From Marsupella aquatica (taxonomy: Eukaryota > Plantae > Marchantiophyta): 64,000 nucleotides of DNA. Under the pieces are notes generated by a model that searched no databases, had not been told where the DNA came from, and was given only the letters and a program-made list of their open reading frames with translations. The position numbers and the translations under genes are program-made. The DNA lies in assembly GCA_973895155.1 (NCBI GenBank), contig OZ316892.1, forward strand, positions 9,218,283 through 9,282,282. Direction: 5' to 3'. Shown in pieces: positions 1 through 15,164 of the stretch (position 1 is the stretch's first letter; every line of letters starts with the position of its first letter).

Positions 1-2933
1 GCAGCGTCTTGCACATAGTGCCATTCCCATATTGAGAGAAATGAATTTCCTCTTTAGCTTTCAATGTCAGTGTTGATTCCTGCTCAAAAGTGTAACAAAC
101 AAATCATGGTGAATGTCATTGTACAGTTGCAATTGCACGAAAATAATTGCCCATTCATGTATAAAGATGACATGCATCCCTTCTTACCAATTTGCAGTTG
201 GCACACAGTTTGCGCAATGCTGCACATTTACAAAGATCTGCATGCTTTTGCTCCAAAGTCCCCATTGGAGACAGTATGTCTCCCGATACGCTACGTCTGC
301 GGGTCCCTATCTTGGGGCCTGGATCAGAGTCCTCCACATCACTGTTACATGTAACTATGTCTATATATTAGACCACTCCCCTCCCTTTTGTTTCAAAACA
401 TCGGGGCTGTTCACTATACTGAACCCCAACCTTAGCTTTTTGTGGAGTAAACTTGGCGGATTGAACAGGGATCGTTGACCCAACATTACATTTCCGCCTC
501 TTTCCTCTTGTGGTTGGCACTGGTTTGGCTGGAGGAGGCACAATGACTGCGGTGGCCTGAATTTCATGGTCCTGAATGTCAGTTCCTTTCATGCGCTCAG
601 CACATGCGGGTAGGTACATAGTCAACATGGTGCATGGCATTGGGGGCATGGGGTGAGAGGACTCATCCTTGCGGGCATGTGGCGGAGAGTGAGGTAACGT
701 AGTGTTTGGTGACACAACCTCCAACTCATGAACCGACAAAATTCTGCGATTAATCCGGAACCTCACTTTGCAGAGCGGTGCGTGCTTCATAGAATCATGT
801 ATGAGCCTGAAACTGATTGACTGCCTCCATACAAGTGGGCATACAAGCTAAGGCACTTGTAGATAGACCAACTAAATATCTCGTGGCATCCCAAATGACC
901 ACTCTCAAAGTAGACTTGTGGGCATTAGAGTTCAATGTAGCATCAGTCGTCAACACCTCAAAACAATAAAATTCACTGTAAACTCCATTTTGTAAAGCAT
1001 CATGCTCACAATGGGTGCCTTTGGGGCCTTCGATTGAGATCTTGCACAATCCCCGCTGGATCACCTCTATACAGCCTCAATACACAAAATTCTTGGGGAA
1101 AGAGTTGGTAGCACTGAATGAAATTGAGTATGACAACAGTACATGGTCCCATATACCCCGTCTCCTCTCTCATGATGGCATTTTGCACATCAAGCAGAGT
1201 TGATATCGACATTGAAATTGCCTTACCGGTAGGAAGTGACTCTGGCTGTCGTTCTCCGTATGGATGCCTCACATTGGAATTTCCTTAGCTTAAACCACCA
1301 CTGTCCATATAAAAGGAGAAGTGTCCAAGACTCCTCACTTTTTCACATTTCTCTCCTCTAGCTGGAGACTTTGTTCCACAATATCAGTAAAATGATACTA
1401 AAAATGGTGAAACCTGGTCAAAACCTGGACAGTGACGCTCTGCAACAGTAACAACAATGCGTAAGCCGTTGCAAAAAAGTAGAATGGACAGTCACCCCTA
1501 AAACAGTAGAATGGACAGTCACCCCTAAATAATCCACTCACACATTTTTGCAAAAATGGTCCTCAGTCCACACTCTGCACATGCGCCTCACAATGGAATG
1601 TCGACTGCCAAAGTTCACATGCAATAGGTCAGGAAAATTGGGCCTGGCGGGAATGCGCATCACCACACATTCAGCCAATGGAACTGAATGGGCTGCTCAA
1701 CACACAAACTTGTAGAAAACTCCAAGTAGACACGCATAGCACACCGAATCCTGAAAATTTCCGCAAGTGGAGGGGGGGACGGGGTCCAAGCTCGCGACCG
1801 GACACACAATGGCCTGGCCGGTGAGGTGATAGTGGGCTTGGGTCCGGTGGCAGGGATTTCAATTAGGGACAGCCCGGTGGTGTCGAATGGGACATGCTTG
1901 CCAAAGCCACCCAGCCCAAAGGTCACGCTGCCCAAAAATGTACTGCGACGGTCACGAACTGTTGCTGACCTGTAAATGCCTGGGCCTTACTGCCAGATCG
2001 CCGTGAATCAATTTAGGGCCAAAATTTTGGGGATCGATGCAGACACTGGACGTTTTATTATTGACACAAACAGTCTGGGGTTGTGATTGGTACGCATATA
2101 TGATCGTCTATTGACTATCACTCCCTCCCTGGAGAGACCCTGTCCTGATGAGGAGGCCGTGTCTATGCGAGGTACGCTGTCTATGGTTCAGTCAGATGCG
2201 ACGTCAGCTCGACGCACTCAACGGTATGCTTTATTGACACAAACAATCTGGAGTTGTCCATAGAGTGAAGATCCTAAAACGAGAGCACGGAAAGTAGAAA
2301 ACGAACAGAACATTGCGTCGCTGTTCTTAATGGATTCCTGTCGAAAGAAGTGACCGAAGTGCAAATTGAAATGCAGTTGTATCGACGACAATGATGAATC
2401 CTATCGAAGGCAAGTGAAATCATGGAAAATTTAAACATAGTACGCTCTGTCGTGCCTGAGCTCACAGCAACTTGGTAGGGAAGCGATGAATGAAGCAGAA
2501 GTTTCGAATGACAGCCGAGACTACTACTTGCCTCAGCGAGTTCCTCTCCAACGACAGCTTCAATCTGTTTCGTTTAACCCACGGAGCTCCTGTGTTTCAA
2601 TTCTTCTGGACATTGCAATCTTGTGAAGTGTGGACAAGTGACTTAAGTTCGACATATCCGTCTGTTGTCTGTGGAAGTTTGCAGGTCGAAACATTTGCTG
2701 CGGCAGAGACCCTGCAAACTTACCCTGCAAACTTACCCTGCATAACCTACGATCGGGGTTCGGGAACCGACAAAAAGTGACACGAAGTGCCTTGTGCTGA
2801 GTCCACCTTGCAGTTATAAGAACTAACCATTTATTGCGAAATCTGCTTTACCCTTGTTTTTCGCTCAGGCCAAGGGCCGCGTTTGTGAGGACGCACACAT
2901 GCGAGTTGGGTCTAAGGGTCATCAAATTGGAAG

Positions 2934-5764
2934 ATGAATAAGGTGGTGTGCCCAGAATGTCACAGGGCAACAGAGGTAGTGGTCGATCATGCGGCAGGGG
3001 ACATGGTGTGTTCGGAGTGTGGACTGGTCCTGGAGGCCCATTCGATAGACGAGACCTCTGAATGGCGGACGTTCTCCAACGAGTCATCGTCTAACGACCC
3101 CGTCCGTGTTGGAGGGCCCTCCAATCCTCTCCTCACTGACGGCGGAATGTCCACAATCATCACTAAACCAAATGGAGCTCAGGGGGATTTCATGTCGTCG
3201 CTGGGCCGTTGGCAGAACCGGGGCTCCAATCCCGATCGGTCTCTCATCATCGCGTTCCGCACAATTGCCACCATGGCTGATCGGTGAGTTTGTTGCGCTT
3301 TAATCTTCTCCGAAAGCACAATTTCTTCCAATATCGACCGGTAGACTTTGGGGCTGTTTTGTCACCTTATTTACCTCCAGCTACTTAGTTGGTTTTGGTA
3401 GTATGTGAGGCCCTTAACATCACAATCTGCCGTCTACAAGGGGTTCACTTTACTTCTGCAACCCCTAGAATATTGGTCAAGTTGGCATATCTCTATTTGC
3501 AAGACGTCCTGTGGTAAAGGGGTTGCAAGAGCGATATGATGTTCTTCTCTGTGTCCCTTCTCCTGATGTATTGTAACGCAATTGTCCTCTCCAGGATGTA
3601 AAGATTCTTCTTTTGTCTAATCTGTGTAGGCATTGTTGTTGTCTTTAAAGACGTTTAGATGTGCCCACCTTAGTCCTCCTCCTAGCTATAAACGAAAATG
3701 CGGATTTCTGATGTTGTTCTTCGTGTTTATGTATTATGTTGATGTTGGCAGGTTGGGGCTCGTCTCCACCATCAAGGTGTGTACCAGTCTCTAATCAGTG
3801 CTATCTAGGACGTCCAAGTTTAGTTTCTCAACTTTGATCTGCCGAGTCGAATTTGTCAGAAAAACTGTGGTGTGTTTCAAATTATAAATGGGAATTCTAG
3901 AGGGACACATGGAACTGACAGTAGTATTTCGCATGAACTGGAGACCTGTTTAATAATGTTGTATGAATGCATTATTAGAGTTGTTGTCAGATGTTTTGGT
4001 ACAGTTTTTCCCGGACACAAACCTGGTCTCTACATGTCTGTTTGTTATGTTGCGCGTACAGGTAATATTGTGAGTCATTGAAAATAGTGTGCTAATAGCC
4101 TACTGTCAACCTAGAATTTGCCATGGAGTGTCATGTGCTCTTCGACTCCTGATTTACCCCAACGTGTGAGAAGGAAACAATGAGTCATACTGGATGCCTA
4201 AGTTTGTTTCTATGGTGCTCCTGCCGAAACTGCAGCTAGATTATGTCTTGTTGTTAATTCTGTGCAACGCACGTCTTGACCAGGTGAGGTGTTAACCCTT
4301 TGCAACAGAGATGTGCTAAATGCACTCCTGCCTCTTTGTTGTGAAGGATCGGGCCAATGAGATCTACAAGAAGGTGGAGGATTTGAAGTCCATCAGGGGA
4401 AGGAGCCAAGATGCCATTCTGGCTGCTTGTCCCTACATTGCTTGCAGGCAGGAGGACAAACCGCGTACTTTTAAAGGTATTGTGGGAACCAACTTCTTTG
4501 CAACGAATTCTAAGTAGCATGAAGGTGTAAGACCGATCGGGATGCGGAAGGCATTGGTCATATAATTTGGCGCTGAGAAGCAAACATAACTGGGACGATG
4601 CTAATAGATATATTCCGTCTCCTCCTGAGAACATGAAGTCTCAGTATCTTGCCTCTCTCGAGCTGAATACACTATTGGGCGTGGCGGTTCCTTTGTCATA
4701 GTCCGGCGCAAAGTAAGACTCTGATTACATTGTTATCCGACTGCAGAAATATGCTCTGTAGCAAATGGCGCTTCTAAAAAAGAGATTGGTCGTGCCACAA
4801 AGTTCATTGTCAAGCAATTGGAAGAGGAAATGGGAATGTCCATGGAGATGGGCACAATCCATGCTGGTGACTTTTTGGTAGGTTTCCTACAGAGCCTTTT
4901 CCACAGGTTTCTTTATCACGTGCTACATTCGTCATTACTTTCATTTTCTCGTGTCCTCTTTCATCCAACTACATGGTAAGATTCAAGTGGATGTACAATC
5001 AGTCTCCTTTGTAGTATATCTCGCACATCTATATATGTAGCACATCTAAGCTTTGGTTGATATGCACAGAGGCGATTCTGCTCACATCTAGGAATGACCA
5101 ATAATGCCGTGAGAGCTGCTACCGATGCTGTGAAAAGATCAGAACAACTGGATATTCGGTAAAGTTACACCCCCAGTCTTTAATGCGTTTAGGGAACGGA
5201 ATTTATATATAATGGTTAGTTCTCTTGTTCCATAAAGTAAATTTACATACACTGCTCTAAAGTGACCGAGCTGGGGTACGTTTTGATCGCCAAACTGACT
5301 GACATCCACTATCTGTATTCACTGTTATGCAGGAAAAGTCCCATTTCAATTGCTGCAGCTGCCATTTACATGATTTCTCAGCTTTCAGACGATAAAAAAC
5401 AACTCAAAGGTCTGTGTTCCTGGTTTCATTTGGGAAATATGTATCTTCATGTGCAAAGAACGATTTTGAATGCCCTCACCTTTACAGTCGACACTCTCTA
5501 CGTGGACACTCGCAGCGATGTCATGTGATTGGTTCACCATGTTGTGCGGAATTTTCTCGTCAATGTCTTGATTGCAGATAAGGATGTGGTGTCTTTCAAG
5601 GCATGTTCTGAACGCTGTTTTCATTTCCAGATATTTCTCAGGTTGCTGGTGTTGCCGAGGTCACAATCCGGAACTCATACAAAGATCTCTATCCCCATGC
5701 TGCAAAGCTTATCCCAGAATGGTTTGCAAAGGAAGAGGATCTTAAACAGTTATGTGCCCCCTGA
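2934..5764 (+). CDS. TFIIB: Transcription initiation factor IIB, 7 exons: 2934-3283, 3752-3776, 4347-4476, 4747-4877, 5070-5158, 5333-5409, 5631-5764 (311 aa)
   Basis: Zn ribbon CPEC...[14 protein letters not shown]-reader [10 protein letters not shown], and cyclin repeats ([47 protein letters not shown]). All junctions are GT-AG and the exons join in frame. Confidence 0.97.
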
Positions 5765-8700
5765 GACATGCGATGTTAAACCGAGCATCTTGCTTCTGTT
5801 CATCATTCATGCATATGCTTTCACCCAGCGAATTGTTGTAGTCTCCAAAGTTCTTCCGTTTTGGGGTTTTGGAGAATCACATGGGGCAATTTTGATTATC
5901 ATGATTTGGAGAAGACGACGTAATGCTATCAAATTCCACCATTCACCTGAATCTTCTCGTGCTCAAAGTCGTCGAGGTGGTGGCCGGATAATAATACGCA
6001 CTACCAGTCAGTAGAGCTTTGAGTTGCAGGCCGTCTAGGGTTAATGATCTTTAGAGAGAAAAACAGATCTGGGGATATGCTCATTGTGCTATCAAGTTGT
6101 CTTGATCCCTTCGGATTCTTCTGTATTGCTTTCCCGTACCTTACGAGGTATTAACCTTTTACAAGAGTCTTCAACAGGCAACAATCGTTCTTTCTCAAAT
6201 TCATGTCATACATTATTGAGTTCGTGTGACTCGTTCCAAGTTCTGCTGTATGGATGCTCTTTTTTAATAATTCCTTTTGTACCTTCCAACAATTCACTCC
6301 ACAATACGTCCTTATCCAAGATTGTGGTTTAGGATGTTACAAGGATAATAATAAGATCTGCCCAAAGAGGAAAGGAACCACTCCAAAGCAAAAGTAGAAC
6401 ATTGATGTAGACTATTAGTGCTCCACAATTGTTTCTTTCCCTCCACACTTAAGCCCTAAACATTACCCACTGAGAAACCCTCCCATAGACAAAGGCTGTT
6501 TGGAAACACTTGGATGAATGAAAAGCCCCTATAGGCACAAAGGTTGGCTCTTAAGATTTGGATGGACTTCACCGGCTGAAATAAAAGGCTCATAAACACA
6601 AAGATGGATTTGAGAGACTCCCATAAACAGGAGACATACCCTTGCTCTGTCCCACACTTCCCATCATAGGACCCTCGTACTCTACAAGTAGTTTTTGGTT
6701 GATTCATGAAAAATATGGACTATAGTAAGATGCACTTTGTGCAAAGTGGATCACTCCCTGTGCTGACTTTCAGGGTTCACATTATTTTGAAAGCTCAAAA
6801 ATGAAATTATAGGGAGAATAATAATCTGGGAAACTGAAGTCCCCATGGGGACAAATGTTTGATAAAATCTCCGGATGGACTCGCTCAATCCAGACAGACT
6901 GCAAATAATCCTCTTTTGTACTCAGATAGCACAATTTCTCTGTAAAAAATTGATACTTCTCTGGTCTTCAGTAAGCCAGGTTGCAAGGTTCATGTCAGTG
7001 GTCCATCTGAGCATTACTGTCACTATTCTGACCTTGTGATATATGTTGGAAACATTTATCGTGCTGCCCAACAACAAGAGGCACCCAACAGGGACTATCC
7101 CAAAATAAGGCATAAGGACCAATAAGAACTAAAACAAACACTCCCGCTTAGTTATACAGTGGTAATGTTACAAAATCTAGCATTTGCAGTGCATAGAAAA
7201 ACTAGGAAAGAAACAAAACAAGCAGAAGGTACATAGAAACGGGAAAAATTGAGGAGGCACAAAGAAACGGAAAACAAGGAGGTGATTGAGGATGAAGGCA
7301 GGAAGAGAGGATCCCAGATTTGTCCTCCTCAATCCTCACCCCTCCCCCTCAATCCTCCTCCCAGACAAATACTTTGTGTAAACAATGGCACATATCAATT
7401 CCTGCTAGTTTTCTGTCTGTGACATTTTCCATAGACTACAAACCAAATGAACTCATTTAAATTTTTATCTTTTTTACAAACCAAAGTTGAAATCATTTAT
7501 TACACTGTCAGGTGAACCATTCTACCACTTTGTCATCTGAAAGCCCAAATAATGCCTCTTATTGGCCTCTGCCTGAGGGGACTACCCTTGACCTCTGCCC
7601 GTCTTTTGCCCTTTCTTGGGCACACACCTCCTACCCCCAAAACTGAAAATTAAAGACTGACCTTGGTGGCTCTGCATGTCTTATTCTCTTTCCTTGGGCA
7701 CACAAGTCATGCTTCAAAACCTCAAAAACAATCTTGTTCACAACTACATCCTTTATGCAACAACATTTTGCAATGACATTGAAAGAAATGACATCAACAA
7801 TACCTTTTCCATCACTACATTTTTTGTTCAACAACTTATTGTACGCATTGACATATTTTGTGTAATGCCACCTTTCATGCAACATCTTTGCAAACAAAAT
7901 CTTTATATCTTCTGTGCAATGCACAGGTATTGAACTAGGAAAGACTAGAAAGCTACAAGAAGAAGCAAAAGACTAACAAAGAGCCAAAAAAAACCTAAGA
8001 GTCTCAACGAGGGTCCCCTCAACTAAAAAAAGCTAAAGCCAAGAGAAGCCTTACCAGGCAAAAAGTGCAAAGCTCAAAGCCTGGTCAAGCTCTGGGTGAA
8101 ACCCATGGGAAGAAAAACAATTTAATTAATGTTTCGCGCAGAGGTTGCGTGAAAGAGGTGGCGATACGTATGCTGAATGCTTCGGGTGGGTCAGGGGAGT
8201 GTGTCAGTGTGTGTGTACTGCGGAATGGAAATGTGGGGCCGGGTTGTCCTTCGCCCAACTGCCCACATGACTCAAACCAGCTCCCACAATCCCGTACCTT
8301 ACGCTCGTCCGTCTTCTGACATAGGCAAATTCCCAAAGACACCATAAAAACCCAAATCCCAGATAGCAAATTGATACAGTTGCAAAAGCGGTGCGTCGAT
8401 TTTCGGGTTCCTGAGCTGATTGGATTCCATCACGAACTGAGCTGATCAACACCATCTCTCACTGAGCTGCTGCAGAGCTTGGAACGGAATCTTCAACCAA
8501 GTTTGTGTCCTCCCTGTCTCTCTAAGCACAATTCAATTGAGTAGCACTCCATATCAAGCAGTCATCAATTTCACTCAGTTCACTGTCATTCGGTTGTCAG
8601 GCTCTCGCAACGAGGGAATGATGATGTTCCGGGTAATTCTAGCACGTACTTGAAAGACTCTTTTCGATTATGCTTTGGAGTCTGTGGTTCTTCCGTAGCA

Positions 8701-8980
8701 CAAACATTACTTCCCTTTTAGATACACGATTTTTGGATTGTCTGCCAATTAGCTCCCTCTGTATTCATATCTTGAATCTGGAGAAGGAGAAAGCTCAGAC
8801 GTACTATCTGAGGTTTAGTGACAGATAGATTCTGGGTCGCGGGTGAATTGTTTCCAGAGGTTCGCTCTCGTTCACAATCTTTGTTGGACGACTATGTTTC
8901 CGTTTTAAATGGAAGGATTGTAAGCAGCGTCGTTGGTGAATGTGAAGACAGAGGGGCGGCCAGAACAGAGGATTAAGAAG

Positions 8981-11900
8981 ATGGGGTTGGATTTCGAGAG
9001 CCCCGACAACAAGTTCCTCACGACCTTGGGGTTGCAAGCCCACAACCCAGGCAGCTTCGTGGGCGGACAATGGAAGGCCAGCGGTCCAACCGTCAGCTCT
9101 ATCAATCCCACCACCGGCAAGGTGCACGCCACTCAAAATTCTTATCTAGGCGCCTTCCATTGAGCTTTTGAAGAATGAACGCGCACCTCGAATGTTTATT
9201 TAAGGCTCATTCCATTGAGCTATGAAGAATGAAAGCTAACTTGGTGTGAATCTGCTTACCAAATTCTAGTTTGAGAGCAGAAATTTGATTAGGGTCTTTA
9301 TTATTTCCGTTCCTTAGTGTCACCTTGTATACTCTCGTTATAAGCAGCAACGATTTTGAGTACGATGAACATTTCTAAGCCTTATGTCTTGGTCTTGAAA
9401 TTAGAAGCCGGAGCGAGTTTGATTATGCTCATTTATGAGCAACCTTAGAACAGCAAAACGGGACTGGAAGCGTGGCTTGAATTCTCACCTTTAACTATAC
9501 CCAAGTTCGTTTCCGTCTGTCGTTTTTGTATGTCGTAGAAGCCGTGTATCGTGACGTTATGTATCACCTTCTTGCAGGAAATAGCGACAGTTGTAGAAGC
9601 ATCTCTGGAAGATTACGAAGAAGGCCTTAAAGCTTCTGATGCAGTCAAGACAGCATGGATGCTCGTAAGTAGACCCTCTTGTGTCGATTTCACCTCCTTT
9701 CAACCAAGAATGTGATTTGTTCCATAACGTTGGAGTTTCACGTTCGTCAACGTTTTCTGAGCAATTAGCTGTGGTGAGTTTTTTAATTCTTAGTACTCTG
9801 TTCCAAGGAAATTCTTAGTACTCTGAATTTGTGACCAAGATGAGGACCACATGGGTCTTTTGGCTTTCCTGCTGTAACGCATAGGACATACGCGTTACGC
9901 TTTGTGTAGACGCCAGCACCCAAGAGAGGCGAGATTGTCCGGCAGCTTGGAGAGGTGTTCCGTGCCAAGGTGGTCGAACTTGGAAGACTTGTTTCCTTGG
10001 AGATGGGCAAGATTCTGCCCGAGGGCATTGGAGAAGTGCAGGTACTTTCCCTGTATGGGCAACCTCCAATCTAGGAAATGTGCATATCAGTAGTCCTGTT
10101 ATACGTTTTTTTCCCGGATGGTCTATCTTGCGCGAATTTGTCAACGGAACAACCTATTCTCAAGTCTGACGATTAACTTTGTCTGGGAATGCTGGTTAGG
10201 AAATTATCGATATGTGTGACTTCGCAGCGGGTCTTAGCAGACAGATCAACGGTTCTGTTATCCCCTCAGAACGTACGGAAGACTAATAACCTGGACATTT
10301 ACTGGATTTTGTGGTACAATGCACTTGTGTCTCCTTGAGAACATCATGACCATTGAGGCGATTGCAATGATGATATTTTAAGCAAGCAGGTGGACCTGAT
10401 AACAATTTTACGGATGTGCAGGTCCAAACCATGCCATGTTTGAGGTTTGCCCCACTTTCCTACTATGACCTGTTGTTTAGTATTTTCATTGATAAAATGG
10501 GTACAGAAATGCTTGGATATTCCCATCTTTCGTTGTAAGAGTGCTTTCATCTCCTAGTGCTTTCATCTCCTAGTGTGTAGGACTTTTAATGCGTCCCATT
10601 GATTTAGAATGTCATTCTTTTTGTCGTCGTAATCAGAACTACTTATCTTTTGGCACTCTGGCAGTTCTGGAACCCGCTGGGTATTGTTGGTGTGATCACA
10701 TCCTTCAACTTTCCCTGCGCTGTCCTCGGTATGAGTTTCTTCAAAACTTCTATTCATATGAAGTCTCCAAAAAGCTTCTGAAGACTAAATAAATCTTTTA
10801 TCCATATATGATACACCTGAATAGCTTGCTTTGGTTGCAAAAGATAATAATTGAAACTGCCTGATCTTGCACTGGCGTAGCTTTCTTCACTGAAATTGTG
10901 TTAATGTATATCATAACAGCGTGTTTGGGGGCCCAGAGTAGAGAACCAAAGGTCTATATTGTGAAAACTGTCTCTTGCAGGATGGAACGCCTGCATTGCA
11001 ATGGTTTGTGGCAACACTGTTGTATGGTAAGTACTTGTTAGGCGGGACACAGTTGGCCCGTTGTGTGTGCCTCGGTTTACTTAAGAACAAGTCCAGTGAT
11101 GTAAACACCTCATCTGTGCAAAGTTAGACCCAGTCATTCCTAGTGATTACATTATTAAAGGAAAAGTGATAGACTGTAAAGGCAACATCCTCAAATCCTC
11201 AGAGGAAACCAAGTTGTTTTCTTGTCTTTCAAGATGGACATATACGATAGAACGAGAAAAGGTGTTCATCTAATGATGAACCATCAGCGTATTCTACTTT
11301 ATGTAGAAATCTTAGGTATCCGTGATTTTTTGTCGTACTTGATCGAGTATTTTCTTTCTTGAGTTTGACCTGTACCTATCTTCTGATCTTTTGCTGCAGG
11401 AAAGGGGCTCCCACAACACCTTTGATCACCATAGCAGTGACGAAAATATTTCAAGAAGTTCTGGAGAAGAATGGATTGCCCGGAGCTATTTTTACAGGTT
11501 TGTGTGGAGGAGCTGACATTGGACAGAAGATTTCTCATGACCGACGGATTCCACTTGTCTCTTTCACTGGTAGCACGAAGGTATTGAATGCTACAAATTC
11601 CATGGATCAATAAGTTTTGATGTGTCAGCTCTGGGCGGTTCATAGACATTGCTTGCTTCTTCGTTGCAACAAAAGGTGATGCAGACAACAGCTCTCCTCT
11701 GTGCCAAGATTTGGCCTGTAAAACACCTTCTAGCATTCATTTTGGTTTCTTGTGCTTTCAGGTGGGCCAGGCAGTGCGAGAGGCAGTGAGTTCCCGTTTT
11801 GGCAAGTGCCTGCTAGAGCTTAGTGGGAACAATGCCATCATTGTCATGGATGATGCTGATTTAACGATTGCAACCCGTTCTATCCTATTCGCATCTGTGG

Positions 11901-13396
11901 GTACAGCTGGCCAACGCTGCACTACCTGCCGCCGTCTGGTATTTCCCACTTCTCCATTTTCAATTCAAATACCCCTTTTGCATTTCTTCCCCTATATCGG
12001 TAAAGTAGTGTTCTATTATAGATTTTCTGTTATCAACCAGCAAGAAAGATGTTGACCTCAAACACAGGAGCAGATGCTGTCACTCGGCTGCTAGAGACGT
12101 TTCTGACATTTGTTCTGATGCTTCAACCAGTTAATACAAGAGTCGATCTACAAGGAGACTCTTGACAAACTTTTGAAGTCATATGCTCAAGTCAAATCTG
12201 GTGACCCACTCGTTGAAGGCACTCTTCTTGGTCCTCTCCATACTAAAACTGGTGTAAATACCTACAAAGGCGGCATTTTGAAAATCAAAGAACAGGTCCA
12301 TTCTCTTGGGAAGTCCCTCCTCTGTCGCCATTTCCACAATGTCACTTCAAAGCTGACATCATTTTATATTTGTAAACCCTGACTTGAGAACTTGATTTCT
12401 GTCGTGGCATTTGAATGTGTCAGGGTGGAGTGATCCTAACTGGTGGATCAGTAATTGATCGGGACGGGAATTATGTGCAACCTACCATCGTGGAAATAGC
12501 TCACGATGCTCCTATCGTCCAGGAAGAATTATTCTGTCCGATTCTCTATGTATTCAAGTTCAAGGTAAATTCGTTCGGCTAGTGTATCAGTGTCGTGTTA
12601 GTCATTTAAAAGGATTGTAGGGCGTCACTCCTGGATTGTACTGTTGCACGATGAAACAAATCTTAGATTGCTGTTACAGCGAAACGTTCTAGTAAAATAA
12701 TAATAATTTAAAATGTCTTTAGACATTTGAGGAAGCAGTCAAACTGAACAACTCCGTGCCACAAGGGCTGAGCAGCTCCATCTTCACCAAAAGCCCGGAG
12801 AACATTTTCAAGTGGACTGGGTAAGCAACAATGTGTTAACTCACCTTTTGATTTCCGGAAATCACTCCATCGAAATTTTCGTATCGAAGTCTTCCTTGTT
12901 GACTTAGCACGACTTCAGCTCAGGGATCCTTCAAGAAGTAACGTTCGATTTGACATGGTTGGGTTGTTTACCTGGAACTGGTGCAGGCCTGCAGGAAGTG
13001 ACTGTGGTATTGTGAATGTCAACATTCCCACCAATGGAGCAGAGATTGGTGGTGCCTTTGGAGGTGAAAAGGCAACCGGAGGTGGACGAGAGTCGGGAAG
13101 TGACTCATGGAAACAATATATGCGAAGATCAACTAGGTGTTGATCCTTACTTAGATCATTATTAATCTCCATTTTTGTGCTGGAAGTATCTACTAGTAAT
13201 TTCATATGGCTACTTTACATTCTAAATGTGGCTTGACTGGATGAAATCGGGGGTGGGATACAGTCTTGTTTCCCGTGTTTGAAGTATCTGCATATATGTA
13301 TTTTTCGTGGACTGAAGAACTTTGGGTTGTTGCAGCACAATCAACTATGGCCGGGACCTACCACTTGCACAGGGAATCAGCTTTGGGAGCGATTAA
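8981..13396 (+). CDS. ALDH7B: Aldehyde dehydrogenase family 7 (antiquitin-like), 14 coding exons
   Basis: Spliced translation gives [37 protein letters not shown], the catalytic Glu motif LELSGNNA, the catalytic Cys motif [22 protein letters not shown] and C-terminal [17 protein letters not shown]. Exons start at about 8981, 9578, 9910, 10200, 10422, 10665, 10981, 11400, 11762, 12131, 12424, 12723, 12987 and 13336. Confidence 0.96.
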
Positions 13397-15164
13397 ATCA
13401 GCGATACTTTCGTTGGGATTTTCCTAGTCGCATGCCAAGAAGGATGTTGGCCTGGTTCTAGACTTTGGACTAGTGCATGCTAGCTTAGTACATGCGGTCT
13501 CAGGAAATTGAATAAAACAATTCTGAGACTCTGTTTCAATTCCGTGTTTCCTTCAAGATCGAGTGAAGATGCTGTCAATAAGCTTTGCTTTCGAATTACC
13601 TAAGGCAGAATTATCATTTCACCTCGCCCCTTTTTCTCCTTGATCAAGATTTTGTGTCAAGGATTGATCTTACTTACCTTTGGAGCAAAGAAACTTTTCT
13701 TTTGCAGCGGCTTCTGATTAGAAATATTTCTCGTTCCTTTGAAAGTGCCCTGTTTGAGCCTCTATAGCTCTGTGATTGCACGAAGAAGCCAAGGGATCAT
13801 TAAACTTGTGGAAAATTGGACTGGAGACAGAACGTCGATCAAAAATTGAACTCATGGCTGGAACTAGTGAAGGTTGTCAGATCACAGACGTCGGTAGGAC
13901 TCCGCATACGCTGAGCCCCTTTACTCAGCCCTCATACTCCGAGAACACTGGATAACTGCACGGATTACTTTATGAAAATGGTGCACTTATCAATGATCAA
14001 ATTGGTATTGTTGTACATTTTTTCATATTTGGGATAGATGTACGTGTACACTTACCCTGCCAATAACCACACATCACAATGTGGTAATATAGGGTGACTG
14101 TGCACTCCTCAATTTAAAGAAAATAACCAGATTTATCATGGTATAGAGTGATGTCTTCTGAAAATAACAAGATTAACAAGATTCATCATGATATGGAATG
14201 ATGTCTTATGCCGCATATGTCATATTTTGATGTGCAGTTACTGGGGCCTGTACACTTCTTATAGGGGGAAATGTATTTATGTGTTTGTCATTCATGTATT
14301 GTCCAGTGAATTTTCTTGGTGCATTTGCCAATGTAATTGTTGGAATAGATATCAGGTTACCACATGGCCAGCCTCCACTTCACCATGAAAAAAATCACTT
14401 CTACACACTGCACATATGCATGGTAGAGACTAGAATTGTTTTGGTAGAGTCCTTTGCAGTGGACTAGTTGATTTCCATATTAGCTCTAACTTATCAAAGT
14501 ATTGTACCTCACATCCATCCCCAAGTGTATGACAGTCCACTACAGATAGACCAATATAAAAATCAGCACACAACAAAGCTGATTTAAGTCTATGTGGTCC
14601 TGGAACATTATCCTGTAAATAAAAACTTTTGTGAGTTTTGGCTTTTGAGGACATTATTTTATCCAGTAAACATCTTGCTTTGAGGAGGGAACAAGGCAGT
14701 AACCCATCAATTCCTTGTAAGGACTTTAGTAGATCCAATTGACAATGTCAAGTTTCATTATACAAGTGTATTAAACTTCTGTACGTACTTCTCACCTCAC
14801 TCAAGGAATCCAAAGATGTACTAACGTAGCTTCAAAGAAACAACCAAACTTGATTTGATGTGGAAACCTGTGTGGAAAGACTTTAATTATCAAAATGGGT
14901 TCATGGAACCTGACTACTTAATTTGTGTTGCTTTAGTTAATGCTTGTGAGGAAGCCAGATTATACAATCATGCTCTCCCACAAAGATAGTAGGTTGGAGC
15001 CTTGGGGGTATCACTTCTGAAAAATTACAAATCACGTGCCACAAGCACGCAGTCTAAGGAAGATTTCACAATTTTTTTGGAAAAGATTAGGGTCCTCTTA
15101 ATGGGCAAAAGGCTTGGTCTAAAAATAATGGCACTGATCAGGTTTTTGAGTTGGGTAAGATGTG

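Noticed and set aside
1-1300. Short overlapping ORFs, possibly decayed coding or TE sequence
   Set aside because: No recognisable motif or consistent frame.
5529-6014. 161-aa ORF at the end of TFIIB
   Set aside because: It is an out-of-frame overlap of the last TFIIB intron, exon and 3' UTR.
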